Shown piece after piece: positions 20,066-30,031 of a stretch of DNA of 64,000 nucleotides. Origin of the DNA: an uncultured Candidatus Saccharibacteria bacterium (GTDB taxonomy: Bacteria; Patescibacteriota; UBA1384; 2-12-FULL-50-11; DASWYB01); contig CAYJRF010000001.1 of assembly GCA_964372935.1 (NCBI GenBank), positions 8,993 to 72,992 on the forward strand, given 5' to 3'. Position 1 is the stretch's first letter. The number at the start of each line of letters is the position of its first letter. Position numbers and translations under genes: made by a program. Under the pieces are notes generated by a model. That model was not told where the DNA came from. It ran no database searches and saw nothing but the letters and a program-made list of their open reading frames with translations.

Positions 20066-21662
20066 AACCTTAAACCGCGCTTTGCGGGCGGCGGTGGAGA
20101 AGCATTTTCCTCAATTCACGGACGCGGTTGAGTTTGAGCCGGCGGCCAATATTCGCCACGGCGACTGGGCCTCGGTGGCGGCGTTCAATATCGGCCGAGG
20201 TTTGGGTCTGTCGCCTCACGCCGTGGCAACGACTTTAGCCGCCGAGCTGAACGATCGTCTGGCAAAACGTGCCAGCTTTAGCGTTTTGCCGAACGCGCCG
20301 TATATCAACGCTCGTCTCGCCAACAGCATGTGGCGAGACGTCCTCGCGGCGGCGCGAGAGACGAGTGAACAGCTGACCGACCATTCGCGGCTCTTTGGCT
20401 ACGTGGTCGTGGAATTCATCTCGGCCAACCCCACCGGGCCGCTGACTCTCGCCAATGGCCGCGGCGGGTTTTACGGCGACGCTTTAGCCAACATTCTTGA
20501 AGCGGTGGGGGCGAAAGTGGAGCGAGAATATTACTTTAACGATTCCGGCAACCAAATTATGGCCCTTGGCCGTTCGGTGGAGGCGGCGCGCCTAAAGTCG
20601 CCACCGGTGGCCGACGGTTACACCGGACCGTATATTCAAGAAATAGCCGCTCGAATCCCGACCTTCGGCGACCCTTACGATGTCGGTCGTCAGGCGGCGG
20701 ACATGATCTTTAACGACTGGATCAAACCGGCAATTACTCGCATGGGGGTAACTTTTACCCGCTACACCTCCGAGCAAAGCTTGGTGGACACCGGCCAGGT
20801 GGCAGGGCTCCTGCAAGACCTTAAGCGGGCAAAATTGGTTTACGAAAAAGACGGCGCCGCTTGGCTCAAAACAACCGAGTTGGGCGACGACAAGGATCGC
20901 GTCATCCGTCGCTCCGACGGCGCCGAAACTTACCTGTTGAAAGATTTGGCCTATCATCGGGAAAAAATCGCTCGGCGACCAAGCCACATCGTGACCTTGG
21001 TGGGCGCCGATCATTTTGCCGAGGCGAAAGTTTTAGCTATGATCATTCGGTCGGTAATCGCGCCTCAAAACGATTGGGACGGCGAGTTTGTCCAGCCGAT
21101 CATTCAATTCGTTCGATTAATTCGCGATGGTCAAGAGGTGTCGATGTCTAAGCGCGCCGGCGCCTACGTGACCATTGACGATTTGTTTGACGAGATCAAC
21201 CCCGATGTGGCGCGATTCTTTTTTTTGTTGCGTGATTTGGACAGCCACATGGATTTCGACCTTAGCTTGGCGAAAGAACAGAGCGAAAAAAATCCCGTGT
21301 TCTACGTTCAGTACGCCTATGTTCGAGCCAAGCATATCATGGAAAAACACTCGGCCGATATCAATCTCACCACGGTGGAATTGAGCGACGATGAACGGTT
21401 ACTGGCCGTCAAACTGCTCTGTTTTCCCCTTGTTATCGACGCGATATTAAAAACTTGGTCGGTCCATCAGTTGGCCCACTACGCAATCGAAGTGTCACGG
21501 CTGTTTCACCGGTTTTACGCTCGCTATCCCGTCCTCCAAGCCGCGGCGCCTTATCGGGATCAGCGGCTGGTCCTAACGGCCATGACTTCGGCGGTGCTTA
21601 CCCGCACTCTGTCTCTTATGGGGATCTCCAGGCCCGATCGGATGGTGGCGTCGGAGAAATAA
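20052..21662 (+). CDS. argS: Arginyl-tRNA synthetase
   Basis: Class I catalytic core and the DALR anticodon-binding C-terminal domain. Confidence 0.85.
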   Translation: MKPLETLNRALRAAVEKHFPQFTDAVEFEPAANIRHGDWASVAAFNIGRGLGLSPHAVATTLAAELNDRLAKRASFSVLPNAPYINARLANSMWRDVLAAARETSEQLTDHSRLFGYVVVEFISANPTGPLTLANGRGGFYGDALANILEAVGAKVEREYYFNDSGNQIMALGRSVEAARLKSPPVADGYTGPYIQEIAARIPTFGDPYDVGRQAADMIFNDWIKPAITRMGVTFTRYTSEQSLVDTGQVAGLLQDLKRAKLVYEKDGAAWLKTTELGDDKDRVIRRSDGAETYLLKDLAYHREKIARRPSHIVTLVGADHFAEAKVLAMIIRSVIAPQNDWDGEFVQPIIQFVRLIRDGQEVSMSKRAGAYVTIDDLFDEINPDVARFFFLLRDLDSHMDFDLSLAKEQSEKNPVFYVQYAYVRAKHIMEKHSADINLTTVELSDDERLLAVKLLCFPLVIDAILKTWSVHQLAHYAIEVSRLFHRFYARYPVLQAAAPYRDQRLVLTAMTSAVLTRTLSLMGISRPDRMVASEK

Positions 21663-21724
21663 TTCCGGATACTTATATGTCGTTTAGCGATTAAGTATCA
21701 TGAACAATGGGTGATCTGCTGTCT

Positions 21725-23896
21725 TTAATGTTTTGAAAATGTCTGAACGGCGTTAGACTCGGTGAGGCACACGAATCCATCGGCGGTTTTGTCGCAATCG
21801 GTGACTTGCTGATCTCCAAAGGTGAACTGACCACGATAGGCTCCGTCGGGGGAAATTTCTAAAACCCGCTGTTGTTCGCGGTCAAAAAGATAGAGCGTGC
21901 CTTCGACCCCCGAGATGATTCGGCTGTATTTGGCTGGTAAAAATTCTTTCGGCACTTCGGTGATGGCGATAGCCGATTTGGGAGTGTTGGCGGAAATGCG
22001 CCACAAGGTTGAATTGTTTTCAATCGCATAGAAGGCCGTGCCGTTATTGACGATGGACGAAATGTTGCTGGTTGACTCGGCGCTGGCGTATGGCACAACT
22101 CGGTACGCTTCGCCCTTCGGAATGGCTTTTTCCATAGCGTCGCCGACAAGGTAGAGATTGGTCTGATAACTGGCCAGGGCGCGCGTTTCCGGCCACGCTT
22201 GGCCGTCGAGACGGGTGAGTGATTTTACGGCGCGGTCGGGGGTGATGGCATTAAGCGTTGGCGTGCCGTTCGCCGCTCGGCCGTAAACCGCCAGCCGTTG
22301 GCCGGAATCGTAGACGACAGCGGCAACAGTGGTCCAGTTGTCGGGCAGGCCTTGAACCGTCGTCGCGGTGGCGTTGTCAATACTGACAACCAAATTGTTG
22401 GCTGTCAGGACATAAGTGATTTTACCGGCGGCCACAATGGCTTTCGGGGCGGACAAAATGCCAACGGGCGGCGCGCTAGCGACTAACGGAACGCTGTTCA
22501 CTAAGGCGTTAAGCGTCGAGTCAAGGCGTTTGTCGAGCGCCCGGCTGGCTTCGTTGCGATTTTTTTCGTTCAGGCGGGTGAGAAAATCTTTCGCTTTCAA
22601 AATTTCCACTATCGCCGTGGGGTTGTCGTCTTTGGCTTGGGCGGCATCGGCGGTGCGAGCGGCATCAAGCGACTGGGCGATCAGACTGTCGCGCTCACTT
22701 GCCGACTGGGTGGTAGTTTCGCTCCGCGACATCAACCGATTGACGAGTCGCGCCGTGAGGCCGATAACGATAAGCGCCCCGACTAATAGGTAAACGGCTC
22801 GGAAGGACGGCAGACTTTGGGGCAATTTAAGCCGACTGATCGGGCGTGAAATCGGCGCGGCCGGCGCCGTGGCTCGGCGGTCTTGGGGGGTTGGTTTTGG
22901 TTCGTGCGGCGCTGCCGCAGACGGGTGCCAATACTGGTGAACGGCGAAAGCTTTGGGTTGATGTCGGTCATTGGTTGGCGTCGGAACCGGAGGCGGAAGC
23001 GGCTCGGCTTCTTCGGGTGGCCTAACCGGCGCGACTTCCGCCGAAGAGTCCGGTACGTCAACTGCCGCTTGCTCGGGTGGCGGACGTTTTATTCGTCCCC
23101 ACGCGCTTTGTCCCAGTTTTGATATTCGGCCGGCCACGAACCCCGCGCCGCCGCCTACTTGGGAGAGATGTTTGGCCAGGATTCGTTGGACTCGCTCCAA
23201 CCGTTCGGCTGTCGTTTCGAGCGAGCGATCGACGAAGATTTGATATGTCGCTTCGGACTCCGGTTCAATCCGGACAAATATCGCTTCCGCGGTGCGCTCG
23301 AGTCGTTGTTTGATCGTTCGGGCGTAGGCGCGTCCCGATTCGTAGAGAGGTTGGTGTGTCAAGGCGAGTGCCACCGCCCGTTCGGTGGCCGCCGGTGTCT
23401 CGATCGTCGTGGCCAGAACTAGAATGTCGCCGGAGTGAATTTCGCCCGAAGTAATCACCGAAAACCGATGCGGCAAGTCTTCGTTCTGGCGGTGTTCAAT
23501 AAGTGGAAGCATATCGTCGTCGCGCTTAAGGAAAGCCGACGGGTGGCCAATTGACGTTATATGTATTTCGCTGCCGCACACCAGCACGAATACGCCGTCC
23601 AGTATTATTGGATCGCTCGTGCCGTCGGCGTAGGTTTTTAGTTGCCCGTTGACCCGTTGGAGCGCGATTTCGAGGCACTCCAACCGGTCGGCCTTATCCT
23701 GTCGGTAATACTCGCGGATAAGGGTATTAATGAGCGAAGCAACAAAACTTCCGCTGGCGGTGTTGGTCTGTTGAAAGAGAATAAAAAAATTTCCCCGTAG
23801 GCTATGATCGTCGTCAACCGGATGATAAACCTGGTTGGAGATAAAACAATTAGGAACGCTTTGGGCGTGGGTTAGACGGACATATTCGAGCTTCAT
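21725..23896 (-). CDS. Membrane protein with an N-terminal PP2C/SpoIIE-like phosphatase domain, one TM helix and an extracytoplasmic beta-rich domain
   Basis: PP2C-like segments (DGVFVLVCGSE, SGDILVLATT), a Pro-rich linker, a TM helix (AVYLLVGALIVIGL) and a C-terminal repeat-like beta region. Start at ATG 23896 with GGAGG upstream; the longer computed ORF runs into tRNA-Pro. Confidence 0.5.
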   Translation of the reverse strand: MKLEYVRLTHAQSVPNCFISNQVYHPVDDDHSLRGNFFILFQQTNTASGSFVASLINTLIREYYRQDKADRLECLEIALQRVNGQLKTYADGTSDPIILDGVFVLVCGSEIHITSIGHPSAFLKRDDDMLPLIEHRQNEDLPHRFSVITSGEIHSGDILVLATTIETPAATERAVALALTHQPLYESGRAYARTIKQRLERTAEAIFVRIEPESEATYQIFVDRSLETTAERLERVQRILAKHLSQVGGGAGFVAGRISKLGQSAWGRIKRPPPEQAAVDVPDSSAEVAPVRPPEEAEPLPPPVPTPTNDRHQPKAFAVHQYWHPSAAAPHEPKPTPQDRRATAPAAPISRPISRLKLPQSLPSFRAVYLLVGALIVIGLTARLVNRLMSRSETTTQSASERDSLIAQSLDAARTADAAQAKDDNPTAIVEILKAKDFLTRLNEKNRNEASRALDKRLDSTLNALVNSVPLVASAPPVGILSAPKAIVAAGKITYVLTANNLVVSIDNATATTVQGLPDNWTTVAAVVYDSGQRLAVYGRAANGTPTLNAITPDRAVKSLTRLDGQAWPETRALASYQTNLYLVGDAMEKAIPKGEAYRVVPYASAESTSNISSIVNNGTAFYAIENNSTLWRISANTPKSAIAITEVPKEFLPAKYSRIISGVEGTLYLFDREQQRVLEISPDGAYRGQFTFGDQQVTDCDKTADGFVCLTESNAVQTFSKH

Positions 23897-23937
23897 TTTC
23901 CCGATTCCTCCTTCAGCGCGAGTTTGGGGCGATGGTC

Positions 23938-24013
23938 TGGTCAGGGTGGTGGGACTCGAACCCACGACCACCAGACCCCCAGCCTGGTGCGCTACCAACT
24001 GCGCTACACCCTG
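23938..24013 (-). tRNA. tRNA-Pro (anticodon GGG)
   Basis: The reverse complement folds as a cloverleaf: acceptor CAGGGTG/CACCCTG, D-arm GCGC-AGTTGGTA-GCGC, anticodon loop CTGGGGG, T-arm GTGGG-TTCGAGT-CCCAC, discriminator A and an encoded CCA. Confidence 0.85.
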
Positions 24014-24304
24014 ACGTTGACGGCACTGGAGCTCCCCGCCCGGCTACGGGATTGGTCACAACTTCAAGTGGGAGTCCTGTCGCCTCGTCCTCGGACGAGG
24101 CGAACGCCCGCTCCCAGCTTCTTCAAGATTTAAGTCAGATAAACCTGGAAGGAGCTGGGGACGGGGCCGTTTGGCCGGACCGATACATGCGTCATGACAT
24201 GTTTCGGCATGAGAACATGCCGAACCCAAAAACACACGTAGGCCAATTCGTAACCGAGCAAAAGAGCCCAGTATCATGATACCACACTCTGACTAATGCC
24301 ATTT

Positions 24305-24925
24305 TCACCATAACGCCGGTTGACCGGTCAAGAGAAAAAACAGCCTACCGACGGCTCCGCCCAAAGCGCTCCCCAATCCCACGTTGCCGACTCTCAGGAA
24401 TAACAACAACACAATCAAAATAATGAAGCTGAATTGATCGAGCGTTGCCATGATGGCGTCGGGTAAAAACAGCCGCAACACTTTAGAGCCGTCGAGCGGT
24501 GGCAGGGGAATGAGATTGAAAATCATCAGCGCGAGGTTGATATAAACAAAGGGAGACAAAACATCACTTACCGCCCCGAGAACGCTGAAGCGAATCGGCA
24601 GGGCCAGGGCTATCGCCAAAAGGAGATTACTCGCTGGTCCCGCCAGAGCCACATAGATGACGTCATAACGACTGCGAAGCCGGTGCTCGTTCACCGGCAC
24701 CGGCTTACCCCAACCAAAGCCGGCGATTAGAAAGAGGAGAGAACCGATCAAATCCAGATGAACCAAGGGATTGATGTTGGCGCGTCCGAGCAACTTAGCG
24801 GTGTTGTCGCCAAGCTTGTCGGCCGTCCAGGCGTGGGCGGCCTCGTGAACGCCAACGGCCAAACCGATCGCCAGTAAAAATATTAAACCGGCGGCGGGAT
24901 GGGCGATTAAATCGTTCAGGATCAT
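24305..24925 (-). CDS. Site-2 protease family (M50) membrane zinc metalloprotease
   Basis: HEAAH (HExxH) motif within a polytopic membrane protein of about 200 aa. Confidence 0.6.
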   Translation of the reverse strand: MILNDLIAHPAAGLIFLLAIGLAVGVHEAAHAWTADKLGDNTAKLLGRANINPLVHLDLIGSLLFLIAGFGWGKPVPVNEHRLRSRYDVIYVALAGPASNLLLAIALALPIRFSVLGAVSDVLSPFVYINLALMIFNLIPLPPLDGSKVLRLFLPDAIMATLDQFSFIILIVLLLFLRVGNVGLGSALGGAVGRLFFLLTGQPALW

Positions 24926-24988
24926 ACGGTTGGTTTATATCGGCTGGTGTGTTACTATAATTTATAATGATTTGCCCGAGGACACAAC

Positions 24989-25195
24989 ATGAACAGAACA
25001 TTTGACCGAACCCAACTGGGCCGAAGTTGTTTAGTGTGCTCAAAACGAAGCGCCACGCGCCTAAACCGGCCGCACTCCTTAAAACGCACTCGGGGGGTGG
25101 TGAAAGCGAACATCCAGACCCGTTTTGGGGTACCGGTGTGCACGCGCTGTCTCCGAACCATGAATCGGACAACGGCACCGGTCGAGCGAAGTTGA
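24989..25195 (+). CDS. rpmB: 50S ribosomal protein L28
   Basis: CLVCSKRSATRLNRPHSLKRTRGVVKANIQTRF matches the L28 consensus C-x-V-C-G/S-K-R...N.VSHS..KTKRR..PN.Q..RF; a second Cys pair indicates a zinc-binding type. Confidence 0.75.
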   Translation: MNRTFDRTQLGRSCLVCSKRSATRLNRPHSLKRTRGVVKANIQTRFGVPVCTRCLRTMNRTTAPVERS

Positions 25196-25224
25196 AGATT
25201 TTTTTTGCGGGCGATTGAGCGAGG

Positions 25225-25572
25225 TCAGGTGTGGGTCGCCTTGGAGTCTAGACCCAGCGGCGCGGCGGTCTTGCCAATGCCGTTCTTTGCCTGCCACTCC
25301 TCGTAAAAACAGCCGGCGCAATAAACATCGTCCGGTTTGCGCGGCTCGGTGGCCATTTCGCCAACTTTACCGCACTTCTTGCAGGTTATTTTGTGGAGGA
25401 TTCGGTTTTCTTTGGCCTCGATGTTGCGCTTTTTATTCGCGCGACACTCCCGACAGCGCGTGGGCGCGTTGGTAAAGCCTTTCTGGGCAAAGAAATCCTG
25501 ATCACGCGCTGTGAACACAAACTGTTTACCGCAGTCCCGACAAGTGATAGTTTGATCTTGATAAACGCTCAT
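25225..25572 (-). CDS. Zinc-ribbon (zf-trcl-like) protein
   Basis: TCRDCGKQFVFTARDQDFFAQKGFTNAPTRCRECR plus a second CxxC...CxxC pair, the hallmark of the probable zinc-ribbon zf-trcl family. Start at ATG 25572; it is divergent from the holB-like gene. Confidence 0.6.
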   Translation of the reverse strand: MSVYQDQTITCRDCGKQFVFTARDQDFFAQKGFTNAPTRCRECRANKKRNIEAKENRILHKITCKKCGKVGEMATEPRKPDDVYCAGCFYEEWQAKNGIGKTAAPLGLDSKATHT

Positions 25573-25635
25573 GTTTTCGCTACTAATAATATTGTACACT
25601 ATCGTACCGATAAGGCAAAGGGGGGGATTAAAGGC

Positions 25636-26265
25636 ATGAAATACCTTGACTGCGTCGCTAATTTGACCCACGCCACATTGATAATCGGTTGGAACGACGG
25701 GCAAGTCGGTGAGCGACTGGGCGTCTCGCCGTTTGACGTTGTCTCGATGCGAGCCGATGACGGCGGGGGCATTCAAGCGGCGCGCGCGTTTTGCAATCAA
25801 ATGATGCTCTCGCCCCAATTCGACGATTGTCGGCTTGGAGTGGTCCATCAAGCCGATTTGCTTACCCCCGAGGCTCAAAACGCCCTTCTCAAAATATTGG
25901 AAGAGCCGCCGTCTCGAGCCAAAATTATTCTTCTAGCTGAACGAGAAGCCAGTATCCTGCCGACGATACGATCCCGCTGTCGCGTGGTTTATGTTCCAAG
26001 AGACGGGCCGCGAGAGTTGATCGAGCCGTACGGAGAGAATGATTTGGGACGATTCAAGGCGATGGAAGCTCTGGCGGCCGGCGACAATGTTCGTCTGGTA
26101 GTACAGTCGTGGCTGACGGAAAAATATCGCGCTTGGTGCGCCACTGGTCGGCCGGCTGACGGAATTGACGAGGTGGAAAGATTTTGGACCTGCTACCTAA
26201 ATATTGGCCCCAATGTGAGCAAACGGTTGATTTTAGAACGGCTTGTGGTATCTTCACTACAGTAG
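25636..26265 (+). CDS. holB: DNA polymerase III delta-prime subunit-like clamp-loader protein (short form)
   Basis: LLKILEEPP...LPTIRSRC box typical of delta-prime/gamma clamp-loader subunits with a degenerate Walker A. Start at ATG 25636 preceded by AAGGGGGGG. Confidence 0.65.
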   Translation: MKYLDCVANLTHATLIIGWNDGQVGERLGVSPFDVVSMRADDGGGIQAARAFCNQMMLSPQFDDCRLGVVHQADLLTPEAQNALLKILEEPPSRAKIILLAEREASILPTIRSRCRVVYVPRDGPRELIEPYGENDLGRFKAMEALAAGDNVRLVVQSWLTEKYRAWCATGRPADGIDEVERFWTCYLNIGPNVSKRLILERLVVSSLQ

Positions 26266-26273
26266 GGAGGATA

Positions 26274-27080
26274 ATGTTTTTTCTAGGTATCAGCATATTC
26301 GCCGCGGTTGTTTTGGTGGGGATTGCGATTCGTCGCTTGCCTGATCTTCGGCCTAGCCGAATTGGCTTGGAAATCAACCCCCCGCGGTCCATCATGACGC
26401 CAGTTTCGCCTTTGGGTCGTTGGTGGCAACGCGTTAGCGCTTTTGCCTCGCGGCTTTGGTTTAATCCGGCGCGGGCGATCATGTCCTCCCGGACACCTTC
26501 AGTGGCGTTATTGCGGCAAACCCTCCATCGAACCGAAAATAAAGTTTCGATCGAATCAGTCTTCCACGAGGAAACTTTGACGACGGCTTATCCGTTGTCG
26601 GCGTCGACTGCGAGCGAATCGCCAGCCACGCAAGAATTTTGGCAAGAATCGGCGCCCAAGCCCTTGAACACTTATGAGCTTCCCACTCAAGGTTTGATCA
26701 CCAGACGGGGCGAGGCCCAAAAGCTGGCCCAAGTATTGATGACTCAAGCCGATGCGGCTTTTCGAAAAAAGGATTATAAGGTCGCGGAAAAGTATTATCT
26801 TCAGTCGGCGGTAAAAGACCCCGACAATCCCCGAATCTACAGCCGTCTGGGCGTGATCTATTTGCAGACAAGAAATTATCGCGATGCCGTCGAAGCTTTT
26901 CGCGGGGCAATAAAATTTGACGATCGCGTGGCTAGTCGCCACTATAATTTATCCCTGGCCTACTTGGGAAAGCGCGATTATCGTTTAGCCGAAAAAGGTC
27001 TCCGTGAGGCGATTCGGCTCGATCCGACCAACGACAAATATCGCAAAACTCTGGTGGCCGTCGGCGACCAAAAGTCCTAG
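26274..27080 (+). CDS. TPR-repeat protein with N-terminal TM anchor
   Basis: N-terminal hydrophobic helix and C-terminal tandem TPR-like repeats (AEKYYLQSAVKDPDN...AVEAFRGAIKFDD...AEKGLREAIRLDP). Confidence 0.55.
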   Translation: MFFLGISIFAAVVLVGIAIRRLPDLRPSRIGLEINPPRSIMTPVSPLGRWWQRVSAFASRLWFNPARAIMSSRTPSVALLRQTLHRTENKVSIESVFHEETLTTAYPLSASTASESPATQEFWQESAPKPLNTYELPTQGLITRRGEAQKLAQVLMTQADAAFRKKDYKVAEKYYLQSAVKDPDNPRIYSRLGVIYLQTRNYRDAVEAFRGAIKFDDRVASRHYNLSLAYLGKRDYRLAEKGLREAIRLDPTNDKYRKTLVAVGDQKS

Positions 27081-27158
27081 ACGCGCCGTCTTATTCGATC
27101 CGAAGCGTTGGAGACGCTCGGAGGTTGTAGTATACTTTAGGGTGGCTTGTTTTCTCCC

Positions 27159-27233
27159 GCCACCTTAGCTCAGCGGAAGAGCAGCACTTTTGTAAAGTGA
27201 CGGTCGTCGGTTCGAATCCGACAGGTGGCTCCA
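27159..27233 (+). tRNA. tRNA-Thr (anticodon UGU)
   Basis: Cloverleaf with acceptor GCCACCT/AGGTGGC, D-arm GCTC-AGCGGAA-GAGC, anticodon loop TTTGTAA, T-arm GTCGG-TTCGAAT-CCGAC and an encoded CCA. The G27/A43 mismatch is also found in E. coli tRNA-Thr. Confidence 0.85.
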
Positions 27234-27330
27234 TAATTAGACTTTCCGATTTTTGACCGACGAACTGCTGGGCGGCACGAAGTGCCACCCGGTGGTTTTG
27301 TGGGGAAAATCCTCTTAGCTCGAACTTACT

Positions 27331-29094
27331 TTATGCCCCAACTCTATTTAAGTAATCCAAGCGATTTTTCTTGACGATCAAATTTTGTTGGGCCTTTATT
27401 AGCTCATCCTCAACCTTCCAAGGGCTCCCGGTTTTGTATGACTTCACCAGCTTTCCCAAGTAATCTTTCTCGCCATTATACCCGGTAAGTTCGTGGTCTA
27501 TTCTTAATATTTCATTCCTCAATTCCTTTTTCCGCCTGAATGAGAGCGCGCCGAGCTCATTAAGTTCTTCTTCGGCTTGAGCGCGTCGTGGTTCTAGATT
27601 TGCAATGGTGTTGTTTACTTCAGCAAGTCTCCTTTGGGCTTCATTTTCGCTATAAATATTTCCCCGTAGCGCTTGTTCTATAAAGACGTTCGCATCTTTT
27701 GCTTCAGATAATTTGACTTGAAGTTCTTGCGCTTCTGCCGCTACCTTAAAAATCTCGGCATTTAACTGGGCCTTTTCCTGTTCAATGGTCGCTTTTTCCC
27801 AATCTTGAATCGCTTTCATATCTTTTCGAAACTGTGCTTGTGCTCTGTCTTTTGTGTTTTTATCAGCATCACGGGAAACTATTGCGCTACCCTCATAAGC
27901 GTTCAGTTCATACCTGCCCATGTCCTGGTCAAATGATCGCCGTGAGTCCTTACTAAACCGTTGACCCAAAATGGTATCGCGGGAAAATGTAAGTCCTGAA
28001 GCGCTGGCACGCAAAAAGTTTAAGGTCCCTAAATGTTGGCGGATATAGTCGCCAACTGCGGCATCATTTTGGGGGCTACCACCAAATTCCCGATCACCGC
28101 TCGCAAGTCCTAAAAATCCTGCGGTGCCAGCCATAGTGCCGTGTTTGCCGACCAAATTTTTTAACAAAACTCCGACATACTCGTCTCTTTTAAGACCAGC
28201 CAAACTCAAAGGACCGCTTTCCGCTCCACCACCAGCTTGAGATGCAACGGCTTGAGTAACTTCTCGCATAGCTCGTTCTCTTTCCTTGGGATCTTTGATT
28301 TTATTGAATCCGCGAGCTTCAAATTCCTCTGTCAAAAAACTCTGCACCACTTGCGACATTATTTCCGTCTCTTTTGGGTCTCTCCGAACTCCCCACATCG
28401 CACATTCAACCACATTATCCCTCATCTCGTTCTCCGCTTTAGCTTCAGCAAACAGGCGTTCAATCATGTAGGGGTTAGCTTCTATATCAGCAACTTGCGC
28501 GTTAAGGTCACCCATTCCCTCTAAAAGCTTTTGGTATCTTTGAATTTGCACATCGGAAATAGATTCGGCCTTCATTGTTTCGAGTTCTTGGGTTAGTTCT
28601 CGCAGAATTTTTTCCACCTCCGACTTTTTCCCTTGAGCCTGCTTGAAAGCCCCTTTTACTTCTTCGGCAATCTCTCGTTCTTCTCTGCTTGCCATTAGGG
28701 ATTGGATTTCTGTGAGTTGGCGTTCAATCTGACCAAATTCGCCTTGCGCTTTTTGGAGTTCTGCTTCTTTAGCCGTTTGACTTTCTCTGAGTTTTTCAGA
28801 GTTAGCAATTCTTTCCTCAATGTGATACGCTCTAAGTCTGTCAACTTCAGATTGAGACGATCTTAACCCCGCCAAAGCTGATTCTCTCGGCGCTATATCT
28901 TCCTTGGCGCGAGCTTGTAGCTCTTTTTGGTGTTGTTCTTCCGCCTCCTGTTCTCTTTTCGTTTCAACTGTTTCGGCGTCTTTTCTGGCTTGTGCCGCTC
29001 TTAATTCTTCTAAGCTCAATGTCTCTGGCTCAGTTTTTTCTTGCTCTGGTGGCGCCGCCTGCGGTGGTTGGTTGAATGGATTTTCCGTGCTCAT
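27331..29094 (-). CDS. Large acidic coiled-coil protein (hypothetical)
   Basis: 587 aa, extremely E/K/Q/R-rich with heptad-like periodicity throughout and no enzymatic motifs. The gene is visibly lower in GC than its flanks. Confidence 0.6.
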   Translation of the reverse strand: MSTENPFNQPPQAAPPEQEKTEPETLSLEELRAAQARKDAETVETKREQEAEEQHQKELQARAKEDIAPRESALAGLRSSQSEVDRLRAYHIEERIANSEKLRESQTAKEAELQKAQGEFGQIERQLTEIQSLMASREEREIAEEVKGAFKQAQGKKSEVEKILRELTQELETMKAESISDVQIQRYQKLLEGMGDLNAQVADIEANPYMIERLFAEAKAENEMRDNVVECAMWGVRRDPKETEIMSQVVQSFLTEEFEARGFNKIKDPKERERAMREVTQAVASQAGGGAESGPLSLAGLKRDEYVGVLLKNLVGKHGTMAGTAGFLGLASGDREFGGSPQNDAAVGDYIRQHLGTLNFLRASASGLTFSRDTILGQRFSKDSRRSFDQDMGRYELNAYEGSAIVSRDADKNTKDRAQAQFRKDMKAIQDWEKATIEQEKAQLNAEIFKVAAEAQELQVKLSEAKDANVFIEQALRGNIYSENEAQRRLAEVNNTIANLEPRRAQAEEELNELGALSFRRKKELRNEILRIDHELTGYNGEKDYLGKLVKSYKTGSPWKVEDELIKAQQNLIVKKNRLDYLNRVGA

Positions 29095-29233
29095 ATTTAT
29101 ATGGTTTATTAATTGACTTTTTTATACTAGCATAAAACAAAGTCAACAAGCTACTTGTTAACAATTTCCGTCACAGCAAAAAAGCGAGGACGGCTCGGCA
29201 TACCTCCCCCTAACCCCCTCCTGTCGAGCCGTT

Positions 29234-29521
29234 GTGAAAATTTTGGGAGGGGTTCATGTGTCAACAGAAACAGCTCAACCAGTCGAATTGCCATCGGAAT
29301 CTCCTGAAGAAAACCCTCCTGCGACGGAAGTAAAAAAGGAGTTGCCTCAATTAAGTCCGCCTGATAATAAAGGGTGGTGGTTTCACCATTTGCCAGACGG
29401 TGGTAAGCATTCTGACAAATTAAGCAGGATGGATAGGCGCAATTATGATGCCGGAGAGCGAATCAACGTTCATTGTCAGTCATGTCCCGACAATCCGTTG
29501 GTTGGTTATTTACAAAAATAA
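29234..29521 (+). CDS. Small hypothetical protein
   Basis: 95-aa ORF in a low-GC intergenic stretch with no recognisable motifs; coding status uncertain. Confidence 0.25.
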   Translation: MKILGGVHVSTETAQPVELPSESPEENPPATEVKKELPQLSPPDNKGWWFHHLPDGGKHSDKLSRMDRRNYDAGERINVHCQSCPDNPLVGYLQK

Positions 29522-29724
29522 TTAATATATATATGTATCGACGAATTACCAGAACAATATAAAAAGGATAATTGACGCTGAGGGCAGATTTAGAAGAAAA
29601 AATCGGGTGGGAGCAAAATCAGAATCGCAGACAAGACTTTTCTGTAGTGGGGCAGCTTCCGTAGGACAGGAATTTTTGATAAAGTAAGGTTCGAGCGAAG
29701 TCATAAAGATACTCCATAAGACCG

Positions 29725-29812
29725 GCTGGGGTAGTCTAAGCGGTCAAAAGCGGTAGACTGTAAATCTACTGGCATTATGCCTTCGGGGGTTCGAATCCCT
29801 CCCCCAGCACCA
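29725..29812 (+). tRNA. tRNA-Tyr (anticodon GUA), long variable arm, anomalous D-arm
   Basis: Acceptor GCTGGGG/CCCCAGC, perfect anticodon arm GTAGA-CTGTAAA-TCTAC, variable arm GGCA-TTA-TGCC, T-arm GGGGG-TTCGAAT-CCCTC and an encoded CCA. The D region (GTCTAAGCGGTCAAAAGCG) does not form a canonical stem and contains a direct AGCGGT repeat. Confidence 0.7.
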
Positions 29813-30031
29813 CGTAGTAACTTTATCGGAATTGACTGCTCCGCGCGGGCTGGCAAATTTTTGAGCGGCGACTTATCAAAAATGATGTAAGGAAGGCGTC
29901 GCCAATCGCAGTGGCCCCATCTGCCGATTTATTTATTGAGAAACCAAGTAACAAGTTTTTGATTCACAGATAAATGGTAGTTAATTTTGCCTAATTTGGC
30001 CAGCGTTCTTTGACCGCAGAATGCCCGTTAA

